DNA of 63,916 bases, filler included, from Phoronis australis (lineage: Eukaryota; Animalia; Phoronida): the NCBI GenBank assembly GCA_002633005.1. It is 8 parts of 8 records of this genome, joined end to end, with 100 filler letters (N's around TTAATTAATTAA, not from the genome) between each part and the next. Parts side by side here need not be neighbours in the genome. Positions count along the whole stretch, not along the records: positions 23,184 to 52,239 come from NMRA01001244.1; 7 more parts are not named here. One strand, written 5' to 3'. Positions within the stretch are counted from its first letter, which is position 1; the number at the start of each line of letters is the position of its first letter. This document shows, piece by piece, positions 26,301-41,300 of the stretch. Both the position numbers and the translations under genes were made by a program. The notes under the pieces were generated by a model. The model was not told where the DNA came from. It saw only the letters and a program-made list of their open reading frames with translations, and did not search any database.

Positions 26301-29300
26301 AAAATTTTATAATATCAAGCACGTGAACTGTACCAATATGAACCGAATACTTGCACCTATCGCCAAATAAGCAATGCGAGGCTGGTAGATTGGCGTGTTA
26401 AACAGGAAAGACTACGAATATACAACGTTGAGAACGAAATGGTAATACATGTACTTCACGTAAGTTCCTGACTTCATTTGGCTGCGGGTTCTTCAAAATT
26501 TGAAGCAGTCACATAGTGACCAGGCTACTACATCAAGTGAATAGTTTAAATTTGTAGCTTCGGAGTTTAAAGAAAAGTAGAAAAGGACTTTATCAGCAAC
26601 GGTGGACGCTGTTCCATTGTACCAGGACATACATAATATTTACATATACAATTGTAATGAGTTATGATGACTACAAACACTGGTTACCTATCCATTAAAA
26701 GCAGATACTGATAGCATACCACACAATTTGATTGACACTCTTATCTTACCGTATTAACAACCGTCGCATCGACACCAGTTTTCAGAAGCAGTTCAACAAC
26801 TTCAAGATGACCACGTGAAGACGCGATGTGCAGCGACGTGTTGCCTTCCTACAAGAAGTATGGAAAAGTGTTGATGAACCAAAAACAAATTTGCACGATT
26901 TTCAATTGTTTGATGAACAGCTCGTGCAAATGATATTTAAACTGTCAAAAATTACGCCAAGTTCAAAATGAAACAGCTATGATTTATTTCAGTCACATAT
27001 CAAGGACATTTTATTGCCGGGTATTACAGAATAGAGCGATATTACTTATTTGATCACTTGATTTGTAAATTTTGCTTCTTGACTTCACTCAAGTTGTTTC
27101 AAATATGTAACCAGCAGCTTTGTATGAGGCGCTTGTTCTTTAAGGTTGTGTGGGTTCCAGGGACATTTGGATAACTTCGGAGTACCCTATCTCAAAAGGG
27201 TTGATCGGACTCAGAAACTATTTTCATGCACTGTTTGCTAACACACTGTACGTAATTGTTTTTAAAACAATGCATTTTTGCATGAGAGGCTGTCAACAGG
27301 GATTTCACGAGTTATACAAAAAACGAACAGGTGTATTAGAAACAGTAACGTTTTGAGATCTCATCTTAAAGATTTATACGATATAAAATCTGATATTGTT
27401 TTGTTATCAATGTACATTTCCTTTCTGTTAAGTCACGTGATGCAAATAGTGGCAGAGTAGTAGAGAGGTAAAAATCAAATTTTGTAGTTTAGTTTCAGAA
27501 ACTACAAACGTTAACTCTGTTACAATCCATGTTTTTAAGCATTATCAAAATACGTAGACTGTTGAATTAGCGCATTCAAATCCTTAACACACACGTATAA
27601 TAGTAAGCCAAACAGCAACAAAGATATCATTGTGCTTGGTGGGTAGTATCAAGACACTATCACGTTTAAAACAATTAGGTGGCTCGCATTTTTGTAGATG
27701 GAAGGCCGGTAATTTCTTGGAAATTTTCCGGAGTGCAGTCCGTGCCATCGGTGTCAACACGCAGCAACTGAAGCACCATCAAGCAAAGTGTTTTTCGGAA
27801 GCTTAAATCGTAGAATTATTTGTTGGCGATCTCGTGACACTCAACCGGACGTCGACTGACCTTCGCCTAAATGATGAGCTGTTGACGCGAGGCCGATGTG
27901 TTTACGACAGTCTTGAGATTGTCGTCGAGTAAGAAACATCGGACAAGCATTGATATCCATCTTAAAATGCCTTAATCGCAAATCAGGCGATGCTCAGCCT
28001 ATATCGGGTCAACTGAATTCGGTCAATCTTTTGTCGAAGTGGGGATAGCTTTCAGGAACCAACCTCTGTGTTTCAGTAACAACACAGCACGTATTCAGAA
28101 TGCCACTGACATTTATTCGACCACTAGAGTATACACTGTATGAGATTTGTTTACTTGGCACATTGTAATGCACTTTAATTCTAAAGAAGAACAGTATACG
28201 AAATTTTTTGAGTAAACAACGAAAAGTGTAACCCAGTGGTTTACACATTTAGGCACTTGCACATACATGTATATCGGAAATAACTGCCATAAGAAATTTT
28301 CCTACTCAAATGTTTCGCACAAACGCATGCATTATGCTTCTCTTATAGGCGCAGGTGGATATCCTTTGTATACTTGCATGTTTTGTAGGCTTTAGAATAT
28401 TTCATTTTACGTATTGGCCTAAATACGCGCATATAGGATAAAAATACATGAAACACACAGACACGCTGGCTTACATGCCAAATATTAGGAATTTATAAAA
28501 GGAAACCAATGAAAAAAAAGTTTACTGACACCACCACAGTTATTGTCTCAGCTCTACACCTTGGTTCACTAAATTTCCAAAGTAAATTTGCCATAAAACA
28601 TCAAAATGATAAAGTACTTAACACTTTTAGGAATCTACGGAACTTGTTGCTTGGGGGTCTAGAAGCTCAATGTTCTGAAGATGTTTTTTAATAATTTTCA
28701 GATTTTTTTCGTAAATCGGAGAATTGCCGATTTTAATGGAAGCATAAACATGCAAATCATAGAGCAACGAACCCTTCACATGTAGTTTCACTTCATCAAC
28801 GTCAAACAAATAATAAAAGATACACACATTTCCAGTTCTCTACATTTTTATTTGTACAATTTTGTGCATCTTTCAGTAAGGAGCTCCTAGGCAATTTATC
28901 CAGGTATGCGCTCAAGAATGACTTAAAATTTGCCCGGAAAAGATAATGGAAATTGAGGTTTTAGCAGCCGAAAGTGGGGGCCTAAAATTCACAATTTATA
29001 AGAAAAAAGATTGTGCAAGTGGCGGCGAAAGGTGGTTATGACCGGATCGGTGGCACATGCTTAAATACATTTTATAAACAAGCCATGTCAAATTACGTCG
29101 TATGGAGGTCGGAAGTTAACATCATTACAGAGAACATCAAGCAAACCACGCCAGGAACATACACAGTCGTGCAGTCGGATCAAAAATAAGACACTCTGAG
29201 GGGGTTATTGTAAATTCAAGTAATCTGCAGTCCATTTCTCCTCTGGTGAACTATTTTGTTTTCCATGTACTAAAATGCTCACACCTAAAAATTAAAGTAG

Positions 29301-32300
29301 GTTGCACCATAGCCATCGATAAAAGTATATGTTACCCGATCGATTTCATAGAAAAGGAAAGTGATTGAATTATACTGTAATATAGCATCTTTAATAATGA
29401 TGGAAGTGACTAAATACGAAAAGTGTTGCCATTCTATTAGTTCATACATTTGAGACTATAAAGTGGAATGCGAATAAATATTTTAATAATAAACCATCCC
29501 CAAAAACGCTATTACCGAAACAGTTTTAAAACTTCCACATTCTCCACAGAATACACTCATTGCAAACATCATAGAAAATGTTACGTTCAAGAACTCAGTC
29601 TCACAACTTGAAACCCCCAAACCGTTCTTCTCACTACAATGTTGAAATTTGAACAAAGTTTTTTTTAATATTAGAATGATTCGATTTAGTCTCAGTCGTA
29701 ACATGAAATCCATCTTAAGAAATGCGAGTCTCTTATCCTTCCTGAAGATATGAATATTTTTGTCCATTCATTTAAGTTTTTGCGTAATTGCTTTTCTATG
29801 AAAGCGCACGTCTAGCGGAAGGTTTTGACCAGAACGTTTATTCCAAAAAGCATTTGATGCGCTGCGCCGAGAACTATGTCCTGGTACCCGAAATACGATG
29901 GTACTGTGAGGGTTGAACCAAACTTGTTTGATGGCTTTCAAACTAAAATGTTTACGTATTTCTTATTTCCGCCAAACATCGCAATTTAGTCTTGTCACTT
30001 TTGTCTTGACCATCATAGCATCAACAAAAGGTTTTGAGACAAAAATCCACATCTTGTAGTACTTGGTAATTATGAAATGGTTTTAATTAATTAATAGAAG
30101 ATGGGATTCGACACTTTCTTTGAAATTGTTAATAGGAATAAACATTTCAACGGAATATTTAGATATTCATTTATTTTACTCAAAAGGAAACGATTTTGAT
30201 TGATCCTGATCATAGTACACATTTTGTGTGTGGGCATTATGTTTTCCACTAACAACTGCAACTCAAGCGACTTTATTCGCGGAATATCCTCTCATGGGCC
30301 AGATGAGTATACAGTGCTGTGCTCTGTTACTACTCTATCGAAAAGTTTGCACCGAACGAATTTGCGACAATGTGACTTAGAAAATTGATTGTTCAAATAG
30401 CCCCTTTTAAAGCAATCTTTACTGAAAAAACTTAAGTGGGGTTCCTAAATGCGCACTGACGTGATTAAAAACCTGCATAAACTTTATGAGGTGAGAAAAT
30501 TAAAATCTGTGTATGTGTTCGGCGCCTTATGGTGTGCTTGGTTTTTTTTAGTCAGTATGCCAATAGTATGATCACACCAGCGACTCTGGTTTCACTGCGT
30601 GTTCTGGGAAGGTACTTGCAGTGAAGAAGTGACTCTTTGTATAACTCCACGTAAAGAGGTTGTTCATTTTTGATGAGATATTTATTATGAATGAACAATT
30701 CCTCGAACTCAATATTCATTTAAAACACGTTTATTGCAACATTTACTAAGCTCAGAGTGCAGCACTCTTGAGATACCTTGTTTACGGCATTCACCTCACA
30801 ACTGCCTTTATTGACAAGCAGCTCTACGACCGCTGCCTTTCCACTCTGCGACGCCAGGTGTAATGTTGTATCTCCATTCTAAAGTGAACAAATATGAGAG
30901 AATGCCGGTCATCCTTAAATATAGCGAAGTGGGTGTGTCAAGAGGACGTCACGTTTAATACCTTTCTGTTCCAGAACTTCACCATCAGTTGCATACTTAC
31001 TGTATGAAGCGGGTGACTCAACAGAGCACGACTACACCTGACATTTAAACTCAGATATAAATGAGCGAGATTTCTTAAATGCTGACCTGTTTTAGTCACA
31101 CGGTTGATAATATGGTTTTAAATATCACAGTTTGATTCTATGTAGTACAACAGAGTCACATTAATTTAGTGAGTGATATGGAAATGCAAGTAAAGAACCA
31201 TTGCTTATTGTGTAACTCCGGGTGAAGAGAAAACTGTTTCTAATTACTTAATGTCGCGAGCACGTCACGTCACGTGCACGTCACTCCACGTGCAGTGGAG
31301 ACAGCAATTACAAACAAAATCACAATTTGTGATTATTTAATTAAAACACGCAATAATTAGCCTAGTCACGTATTGTGTTCATCAACCTGTGTGTCAATAA
31401 TTACCTCATTACGAACATTCACGTTGGCCCGGTGTTCGATGAGACACTGTACGGCGGCTGTATGACCCCACTGTGCTGCCAGGTGCAGCGGTGTGCTCCC
31501 CGACTATGGAAAGCAGAAGACATTTAATTTGACATTGTTAAAAGACATTAGATTACAAAAAATATCAACAAAATTTGTTACTTAATAGTTTTAATTATCT
31601 CTTGTGTAAACAACTAGTTCAACCAAACAACCTGTGTGTCATTAATTACCTTATCACGGACATCCACTGTAGCGTTGTGTTCCACAAGACACTTCACTGT
31701 CTGTGTATGACCAAACCATGCTGCATAGTGCAGCGGTGTCTGGCCCCCCTATGTAATATATAATGGAGATGTGTGAATGGACGATCAACGTTTAGAGCAA
31801 ATTAACATACACAGGGGATCAGTGAACTTGAAAGGTGACATAAATGAAACATTACTGACCCCTCTAAAACGCTACAATACTTGTAATGATTTCAACAGGG
31901 AAATGTTAAGTTTTAGAACAAAACAACAGAGCGTGTTCAGTGTTCCCTGTCTGGTTACAGGCCGGTAACACACAGCAAGTAATTGTGCGCTGTAAAGTGT
32001 TGGACAATCAAAATAAGGTAGAAAATAAATCTGAAACTAAATGAGGCGATCCAGATCATCTGAAGGAAACTATTGTTTGACGAAATGTAGAATGTATATC
32101 GGTAAATAAAACAACAATAATGGATCAACTGAAATGTTCGGATGCAGCTTTGGCAGTTCTGTGTTGGAAAGCAGACGACATTTATTTTGACATTGTTTAA
32201 GGACATAAAATTGGGAAAATATCAACAAAATTTATTCTTCAACAGTTTTAATCATCTCTTGTGTAAACAACTAGTTCAATCAAACAACCTGTGTGTCATT

Positions 32301-35300
32301 AATTACCTGAGTACAGACATCCACTGTAGCGTTGTGTTCCACAAGACACTTCACTATCTGTGTATGACCCCACTCTGCTGCCCAGTGCAGCGGTGTCAGG
32401 CCCCACTATGTAATATATAATGGAGATGTGTGAATGGACGATCAACGTTTAGAGCAAATTAACATACACGGGGGAAAGTGAACTTGTAAGGTGACATAAA
32501 TGAAACATTTCTGACCCCTCTAAGACCCTACAATACTAGAAATGATTTCAACACTCAAGTGTTACAGGTGATTTTAAAACCTTGAAGTAAGAACAGAACA
32601 TGGTGTAGACGTCGACTGTCAGAAATTACTGAGCGCCTCCATAACTTCACAGCGACCCCTCCATGTTGTGTTTGTACACCGGTTTAACGGCTTCCTGTTT
32701 AATATAAAGTTGTAATGTTGAATGGATGATTATCATTAAGAATAGAAAAATATCAACGTTAAGTCGTCAAATATATTGTTGACACAATTCAAACCTCACT
32801 GTTTCTTAAGATGCAAGTACCAGGTTCAGATTGAAAAATACATGACTGTCCAAATCATCAGAAATAAAAAGTGTATTTACACACAACATGTTTAGTTAAA
32901 CTTCAGGTAGTCTACAACTTTGTAACAAAGATAACATTGTCTTAATTATAAAATCGTCTCAAGTAGTTTCTATTACCTCGTCTTGCTTGTCGACATTAGC
33001 GCCTGCTTCACACAAAACAGGCGCCACCTCTGTATGTCCCTCCAATGCTGCATACTGTAGTGCTGTCCAGCCCTGCAGAAACAATGAACAAGTTATAGCA
33101 AACTTCACAATCAGTAACTTCACCGTGAATCTTAATTACTCTTCACGGAAAACGTTGAAATAACACAATTGTACACCCAATTACTAAATCTACTCTCTGT
33201 TTATCATGCAGTATATCTGTTGTCTTGTAATAGATCATCATTTATAAAGAACAAGTTTACATCGCTTTCGTAGTATGTTTGTTAGTGTCAGAAATAATCC
33301 TCAGAGCAAAGACATGGCATGTTCATTAAAAATATGGGCGACTGGTTGTAGCTAGAACAATCATTGTTATTGACAATAACATGACCATGATCTTCACATT
33401 TAATAATCATTTTTAAGAAATCAATTTCAGGAGAGTAAATGGTTTAATTCACTTTTCGTTTTTAGCCAGATGAACAGGACGAAATTTAATTTGCTGAAAA
33501 AATGTTGACACTAATATGATGTAATAGACATTTAAAAATCAAATATACTGTATTTGAAAGCTGCAATTATATGAGTAAAACTTTCGTGGTGGTCTGATTT
33601 CTTTTAATTAGGTCTACCGCAAAACAATTCCTTCTAGACGCATGAATTGAAAAAACATACATGTACATGTAGTCAAACTAATTTATGAAGTACGGTTTCA
33701 TTTTTTCCTGAGATCCAAAATAATTTCTAACAAATTAAAGTTAGGAACAATCGGGAATAAAAGGATAAGAGAACATCAATATAGGGTGAATATGATATTG
33801 GCATGGGGTACTATCAAAAAGAAACTGAAGTCTGAAGATGTTAAGAAAATATAAGTTGGGCAATGTTTGGTATAGGGTTTGTTACTAGCCAGGTACACGG
33901 GCACTGGGAACACAATTCCACTTGTCTCGAACAAAATGCTAGCAGGAACAATGTCCTGGAAATGATAAACCTTTCTCTACAAATTAAACACATGTAGAAA
34001 CACATTTTACCAAAACCAATCTTCTTATCAAGATTGCTATTCAGAAAGTCAATCAATCTTGTGGTTCCCATTTCGACGCAAACACAACTTGTTCTGCTGT
34101 TCTTGACTTGAGACAACGTGGCAGCGGTCTGGCCAGGCGAAGCGTTGCTTTTAAAAAGAGCGCTTTTCCAGACAGTTTTCGCGTGTACACGCGATAAATC
34201 GATACATTTGTCAGTTCTTGAATATATTTAAAGGGGCATTTCCTTATCGCAAGAAATCAATTAAAGAAAACGTGACTAACGAAATAAAAGATGTTGCAAT
34301 TTGAGTTTTTGACATTAATTTGACTCTTTCTACGCACAGACGTTCNAAAATGTTGACACAAAATATGATGTAATAGACATTAATGTGAAAGTCAAATATA
34401 CTCTATTTGAAAGCTGCAATTATATGAGTAAAACTTTCGCGGTCGTCTGGTATCTTTTAATTAGGTCTACCGCAAAACAATTCCTTCTGGACGCATGAAT
34501 TGAAAAAACATACATGTACATGTAGTCAAACTAATTTATGAAGTACGGTTTCACTTTTTCCTGAGATCCAAAATAATTTCTAACAAATTAAAGTTAGGAA
34601 CAATCGGAATAAAAGGATAAGAGAACATCAATACATGTATAGGGTGAATATGATATCGGCATGGGGTACTGTCAAAGCGAAACTGAAGTCTGAAGATGTT
34701 TAAGAAAATATAAGTTGGGCAATGTTTGGTATAGGGTTTGTTACTAGCCAAGAACACGGGCACTGGGAACACAATTCCACTCGTCTCGAACAAAATGCTA
34801 GCAGGAACAATGTCCTGGAAATGATAAACCCTTCTCTACAAATTAAACACATGTAGAAACACATTTTACCAAAACCAATCTTCTTATCAAGATTGCTATT
34901 CAGAAAATCAATCAATCTTGTGGTTCCCTTTTCGACGCAAACCCAACTTGTTCTGCTGTTCTTGAGACGACGTGGCAGTGGTCTGGCCAGGCGAAGCGTT
35001 GCTTTTAAAAAGAGCGCTTTTCCAGACAGTTTTCGCGTGTACACGCGATAAATTGATACATTTGTCAGTTCTTGAATATATTTAAAGGGGCATTTAATAA
35101 TCGCAAGGAACCAATTAAAGAGAGCGTGACTAACCAAATAAAAGATGTTGCAATTTGAGTTTTTGACATTAGTTTGACTCTTTCTACGCACAGACGATCT
35201 AAATGCTGTTTCGACAAGGATACAATTTTCTATGTTGTGCTAGAAAATTTTGAGATGACCGCTGATTTACCTTGAGATGGTTCTCAAAGAGAGAAAGGTA

Positions 35301-38300
35301 AAAAATATGTGGACTCAAAGAGCTTCATATGAAACGGTAATATCACGACCGCTTTAATGGCATGCAAACAAGGACTACCAAAAATTCAACATCTTGAACA
35401 TAAGCCGCTTAGACTACACGGCTACATGGGCAAAATATGTAAAAAAAAAAACTTACTGATGTGTACATATGGGAAATAATATAATATAGTAATAGCTCTC
35501 ATACCAAAAATTATAACATGAACCGTAAAACATAAGTACAAAATATGGGAAATGATGCGTAATTATAGCAACATATTGCACGTAAAACTAGTGCTTGTTT
35601 GAAAAATATCTTAATAAATCTTTAAAATTTAATTGTTTCTTAAAATCACTCAAGTAATACAATGCGTCGAGTCTACACCAGTACATCTATGATAGAAGAC
35701 CATCTGGACATCAATAATTAGACATGCATTTGCACGTCAACACTGTACTTCATTTCACTAGAGAATTCAAAATCTGATACAGAGCGATAAAAATGCCGCC
35801 GGATTGAAATCAAGCAAATGTCATTGCGTTCGTTTGAATTGTTTTGAAAAATAAATATTGAGTTCACAATACATGTACAGTGTACATCTATTAGTGACCT
35901 TTTGAACGGAGCATCAAGATTAAATAACAAAATTAGGCCTATGTCACTTTCGCTTAATTTTTGACAAGTGTAATTCCAAGACAAGATCTTCAGTAGGGTG
36001 ACATTCACTCGAAATGATTAATCTCATCATCCACTTTCATCAACCGAGTGCCCAGGAAACATCAAAATACAGCCGCACAACCATGACAAGAATGTTGCTA
36101 AAATGTATTTTAAAAATAGAGTTACGTCGTTCCCGTTAACTAAGACCTATTATTGAACTCAGTCTCGACACATTAGCATATTGCAATAGTAGTACTGTAG
36201 AGACCAAAATTCTTATGAGAGCACGGGTTTTGGCCACTCGTATCAAGTCCATGTATGCAACTTAGAATTTCCAACATAAGCGTACTGAGATTTTATATGT
36301 ACATGTAGTACACTTCTCAGCATATACCAGGCAATTATGAAGCAACTCATGTGGGTCCGACCATAATTTTGTTGTTGCGCCGAAGCCAGTCCTGGGCCAT
36401 GGCAGAATACATGATAAAACGTCACAAAAGAGCGACGTTTACAAAAATTCTGGAACGATCAGCTTACCAAAGTTTGTGGTGAAAAAAATGAATTAATTTT
36501 TTAAGTAAAATGTCTTGATTATTCAATTATATTATCTCAGATAAATTTAGTATCGCATTGCGACACTGCTTGATCCTGTTGTTTTTGTGCACGGTCGAGG
36601 TCCCATCAGGGGATAATGATTCGGAAAAATAAAGTAACATAATGTTTGAACATGCGTCTCGTTTTTCTTATCGCAAAAGACACAAAGCGAGTAAATTACA
36701 ACCCTACATCTATCAATAGCCAAACGATGAACACGACTTCTCTTTCAGCAGGCAAGTTTTGAGTTGGTACATGTACATGTAGCTATTGCAACTAACATGT
36801 ATAAACAAGCAGACGAAAAATTGTGAGCGATTATTTTATTTTTCTATTCGTAAACACCATGAAATTTTTTTACTCCTAGTGTCTTCAATTGACTACGTCA
36901 CTGATTTTTAAAACTCGCTTGGAAAAAGTACTGTTCCAATAGAAACGTCAGCTAAAGACAATTAGAAGAGATGTTGCGGGTGGTTAAAATACATGTATTG
37001 TGGTTGTTAAGAATATCCAAACATTGACGCCTTGGTGGTTGCATAATGTAGCACAGAAACATGGTACTGCATCATTTCTTGCTTTTAACGTCTTTTGATT
37101 TCTTTAAACGGCGATCATTCGTAACAACGACCAACTGAACTAAAGTTTGCGCCTACACTGTACATGTACACTGTACAGTATTCCCTACCTTTAAAAGTTT
37201 TCGTAACAAGCGCCCACAGCTCTACTAATCGCCATCTTAACTTTTGACAAATTTCAATAAAGCGCCAACAGCTCTGGCAAGCCCCCACCCGTAATTTCAC
37301 TCACTGAAATTTATTTTCAAAACTTTAAAATGCGGTAAACGGATCGCGCTGTTTCGAGTCGCACGGTATAAGTACGTGTGCAGTGATCGAAGGAGACATT
37401 GTATTGTATCCTGTTAGCGTCCGCGTGGTTTCAATTTGTCACTTGCGCAGTCTATAGTGGGTCACACTCTCATTTTACTTACCGGTAACAACAAAATTTA
37501 ATTCGTTTTCTAAAAGAGCAAGTCTTTCATCAACGTTTAAAAGCAAAATCCCGGATTCGTTTTGTGCCTCCGAAGGTACGGCCTTGCCATAGCGACATGC
37601 ATGCTGGAGTCACGTGTTGTTTTGAGGCTAATCTATTTTCAGCATAGTTATATCACCCGTTATATGGCACGTACACGGTGCTGTAGTGGGGTGTAGGCGC
37701 ACGTCGGCGCAGCCAACCACCTTTTGGCATTTGAACATAGCGCCTACATGTATATCCACCGTAAGACACGTTCAGCGCTCAAGGTGATAGGATGGGCTTT
37801 GGGCGCCTACATGTACTTACCTTTAATTTTACCACTACAGCACTGCACGTGTACAGTGTATCCGTGCTAAGGGAGCAAACTCGAATTACCCAATAATGGA
37901 AACCCGCACGGAATGGGTATTATTTGAAGCTTTTTATTTAATAGAAAGCTTATAATCGAAAACGTAAACAGCATTCCGTTCTTAATTGTTCGTGATGACC
38001 TGCCGTTTGTTTAATAACTGTTTATGTCCTCTAATTTCTGCCCCCAAATCGATAGCGGTGTATGCACAACACGTCATTCAGCTAGGAAAACGTTTTGCGG
38101 ATTTTTTTCGACAGCATGTTTTTTAGTCAGTCGAGTCGTAAAATTTGAAGAACAAACAAATGGAGGAAGATTGCACTCAGAGTAAAAGCATAATGTATAT
38201 ATCTTTGCTTCTTTAACGACTTTGATTACAGTAACATGGCAGATTAATAATAAAAGAGTCGTGCGTATCTTTTCAACTATTACTTTCTTCTATTGTTTAC

Positions 38301-41300
38301 GATGCATATTTAGTAACTCGAAACGGTTAGAGAGCACTGGCTCAACTTTCACTTAGGCACCAAAGCTCGCAACTAATTTTCTGAACTCGCGAAAGGATGT
38401 GCTATAGTACGGTAGATATAGAAAACCCTTACAGGAAGGTCAGGCGGCAGGGAATTATTTGATTTGCAAAGCAACAAGCGCATCTAGGGCATATCAAAAG
38501 CGGTCGACTTCGGAGGAAAACAGATACATCAAACATTAAGAACTCAGTTATGCAACCTGAAATTTGAGAATACTTAACGCCGAAGGTAAGAGCATTTTAT
38601 CTAAACATTTTCTCCGTCGATGGCCTAAAAATCAATTTGGCGCATAAAAATTGCGGGTAATTTTTGCGACCTGGAATTCGTGACAGCGAGCTGGGATTTT
38701 GACAATGTCCCAAAATGTGGAGGTAAGGCAAGTTATTGTTATTTTTGCTTGTGCCATGACCACAATGTTAAGTATTGTCTAAGGATATAAACTATTGCTT
38801 GGATAAAGGCATTTCGTAACAATACCGAACAAGTGATACAACAAAAATAAACGCAAACCAAAAACAACTCTTTTTGCTCAGACCACATACATGTAGCAAA
38901 TAACCCAGGCTACTAGACGTTGACTTTATAGTCGAGTATATGAAGCCATATATTTTTGTTGCTTTACTGTGAAGCACATAATATGCATGCATACACAGTG
39001 TATGGGCGTGGTACATTTACATGTATCTATACACATAAATATACACCTGCATGTGTATTTAATCAAGAAAAGTTGATCACAAAATGTGACAAAACGACTA
39101 AAGCAATAAAAAATAATTGCTGCAAGCATACCCGTAAGTTTATTGATATATCTTATGTGTTTAACATTAATCTAAATAAAATGCAATAATACTATTTTGT
39201 GTTTTCAAAACTCTGGAATACTACCTTTAAGTTAATGTTTAAATGAGGAAAGTCTAGCTAAGCAAAAATAACATTATACTCTAATACTTTCTAAGATTCC
39301 GAAAAACCAAACAGAGCTGCATTACAGTGTAGTTGATAAAGAAATATTGTCGTAGAAGATATGCTTTAGCCGGCAATAATCTAACCCATACCGGTTTTAC
39401 AACAAGAAAATACCCAAAAATATGTGCATCAGTTTCCGTGAAATCAGTACAAATACACTGTAGTACAAAGAGCACAATCGATTACGTCAATTTGAGTAAA
39501 CACTTGTAATGAACTTGTGAATCAGTCTACATTGAAAACATTTCATTTGAGTATCTTGAATATGTGTAACGCAATTATTAGTTTTTTTCTAATTTATATT
39601 TTCATCAGTCACACTAAGCGAAGATTCCGGTTAGTTTCGCAAGAAAGTGGGGTGTATAAAATCATTAATAACACTTTTCTGTGACTTCGTGATAATCTGA
39701 TTAATACATTAAAGATGACATTGGAAGTCCAAGTAGAATCTGTTGATAAGCAAACGGATCTTTTATTTTTAATACTGTACTCGGAAATACCTTGCTATTG
39801 ACGATAAGTTTTCTCGAAGAATAAATCAAACCCACTAAAATGTAGAAACGTTTTGACAACCACGTTTTGTAAAAATAGGTTCGCTCTAGCCCCCCGAGCC
39901 TCCCCTGGTGCGCGCATTTGGTGACAAAGTTAACATATTTTGTTAAATTTTGAATCTATAAGTTTTAACATTTGCCACTTGGGGAATTGTTTGTGAAAAT
40001 TATATCCCGGAAAATATACGTTTCACCATCAACCACGTTTGGATTGACAACTGTGCAAATATTACGCCTGGAAAAAGTGAATACCCCGTAACAAAATCTA
40101 GCGCAAATTTGGTGGAAATGTTGAACAGAGTGTATAAAACCATAGGCACCTGTGAATGTTAACGTCAAATGACTGAAAGGTACGAAAATTTTCGGCGTTC
40201 CTTCATTGTAACGGCAAAATCTGATAAGTTGGCGTGAAGACAGAATTGTGAGCAAATCTGAAAAAACCTCCAACAATTTGATAATAAAAGTCTCCCAGGC
40301 AACTGCGCTTACGTGATCGATGTTACTTAGAACAGCTCATCCAGAATCTGTGAACCGCGATGACGTCGTTTGTCCTTAACTGTTGGGATATTCTACGAAT
40401 CTTCTGTCAAAAACCTAGCCTGTACGTATTAATACTACGTCAGATAAATATTTATCAGCAGCTTCAGTCGGAATCATCATGACGAAATACGCAAGGTCAA
40501 ATCGGAACTGTACACCTGAAATCTAATCGTTTCATCGTGATTAATGAATGCCCCTTTAAATATTTCAAACAAGTGTTTCGCTGTAGCTGACACGTGTGCA
40601 CGTAAGAACTGCCGTGCAAAGCGCTGCTTTTTTAAAGCGGAGCACCCGTCGTCATTTCAACTCACGGAACGACTTAAAAATTAGGGTTTGGATTCTTTGA
40701 CTAGACAGAGGTCTTGCACAGAAGGTTAATTTAGGTAAAAATGGTTTCAACGGGTTTATATAAATATGGGTTTTTAGAGCATTTGTTACCCGCTTACATA
40801 TTAATTTGAAGGTGTTCCCCGTGCCTTTTTTCCCAATGCTGTCTGTGCAAAAGGTTATACAACCGATATTCACCCTCAGGAACTTTATTCTTCTGCCAAT
40901 AACCTATTCTGATATTACCCTTAACAACTGTATTTCGTTTTCACCCGGTATTGATGTCCCCTCCTTCCTCTGTATTTCGTTTGTTCCTTACACAAATTTG
41001 TTAGAGGTTATTTCATGGTGTTCAGTGGAAATTTGCTATAGCTTCATTAATTTATGTGATTTTTCTTATCAATTTATAGTTGTCTGTCGAACAAGTACTG
41101 GTCTGGGATAGGATACTAATAACCGCGACCCAGAATCCTGACTGTAGACAAGGGCGTGTATCAGGTGAGAAAGCACCAACATCGGCAACCGTCGTTCCAA
41201 AATTACGTGAATTTAGCAAAGGTTGGATCTGTATTTACTATGGAAGACCTAAAAACTGTGAAATACGAAAAACCTCCCTGGTTAGATGGATTTCCAATGG

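Noticed and set aside
37483-37627. Extra ankyrin-like exon (NNT*LQHACRYGK) with a good donor site
   Set aside because: In-frame TGA, weak acceptor, phase-1 end incompatible with neighbouring exons, and the rest is not ANK-like.
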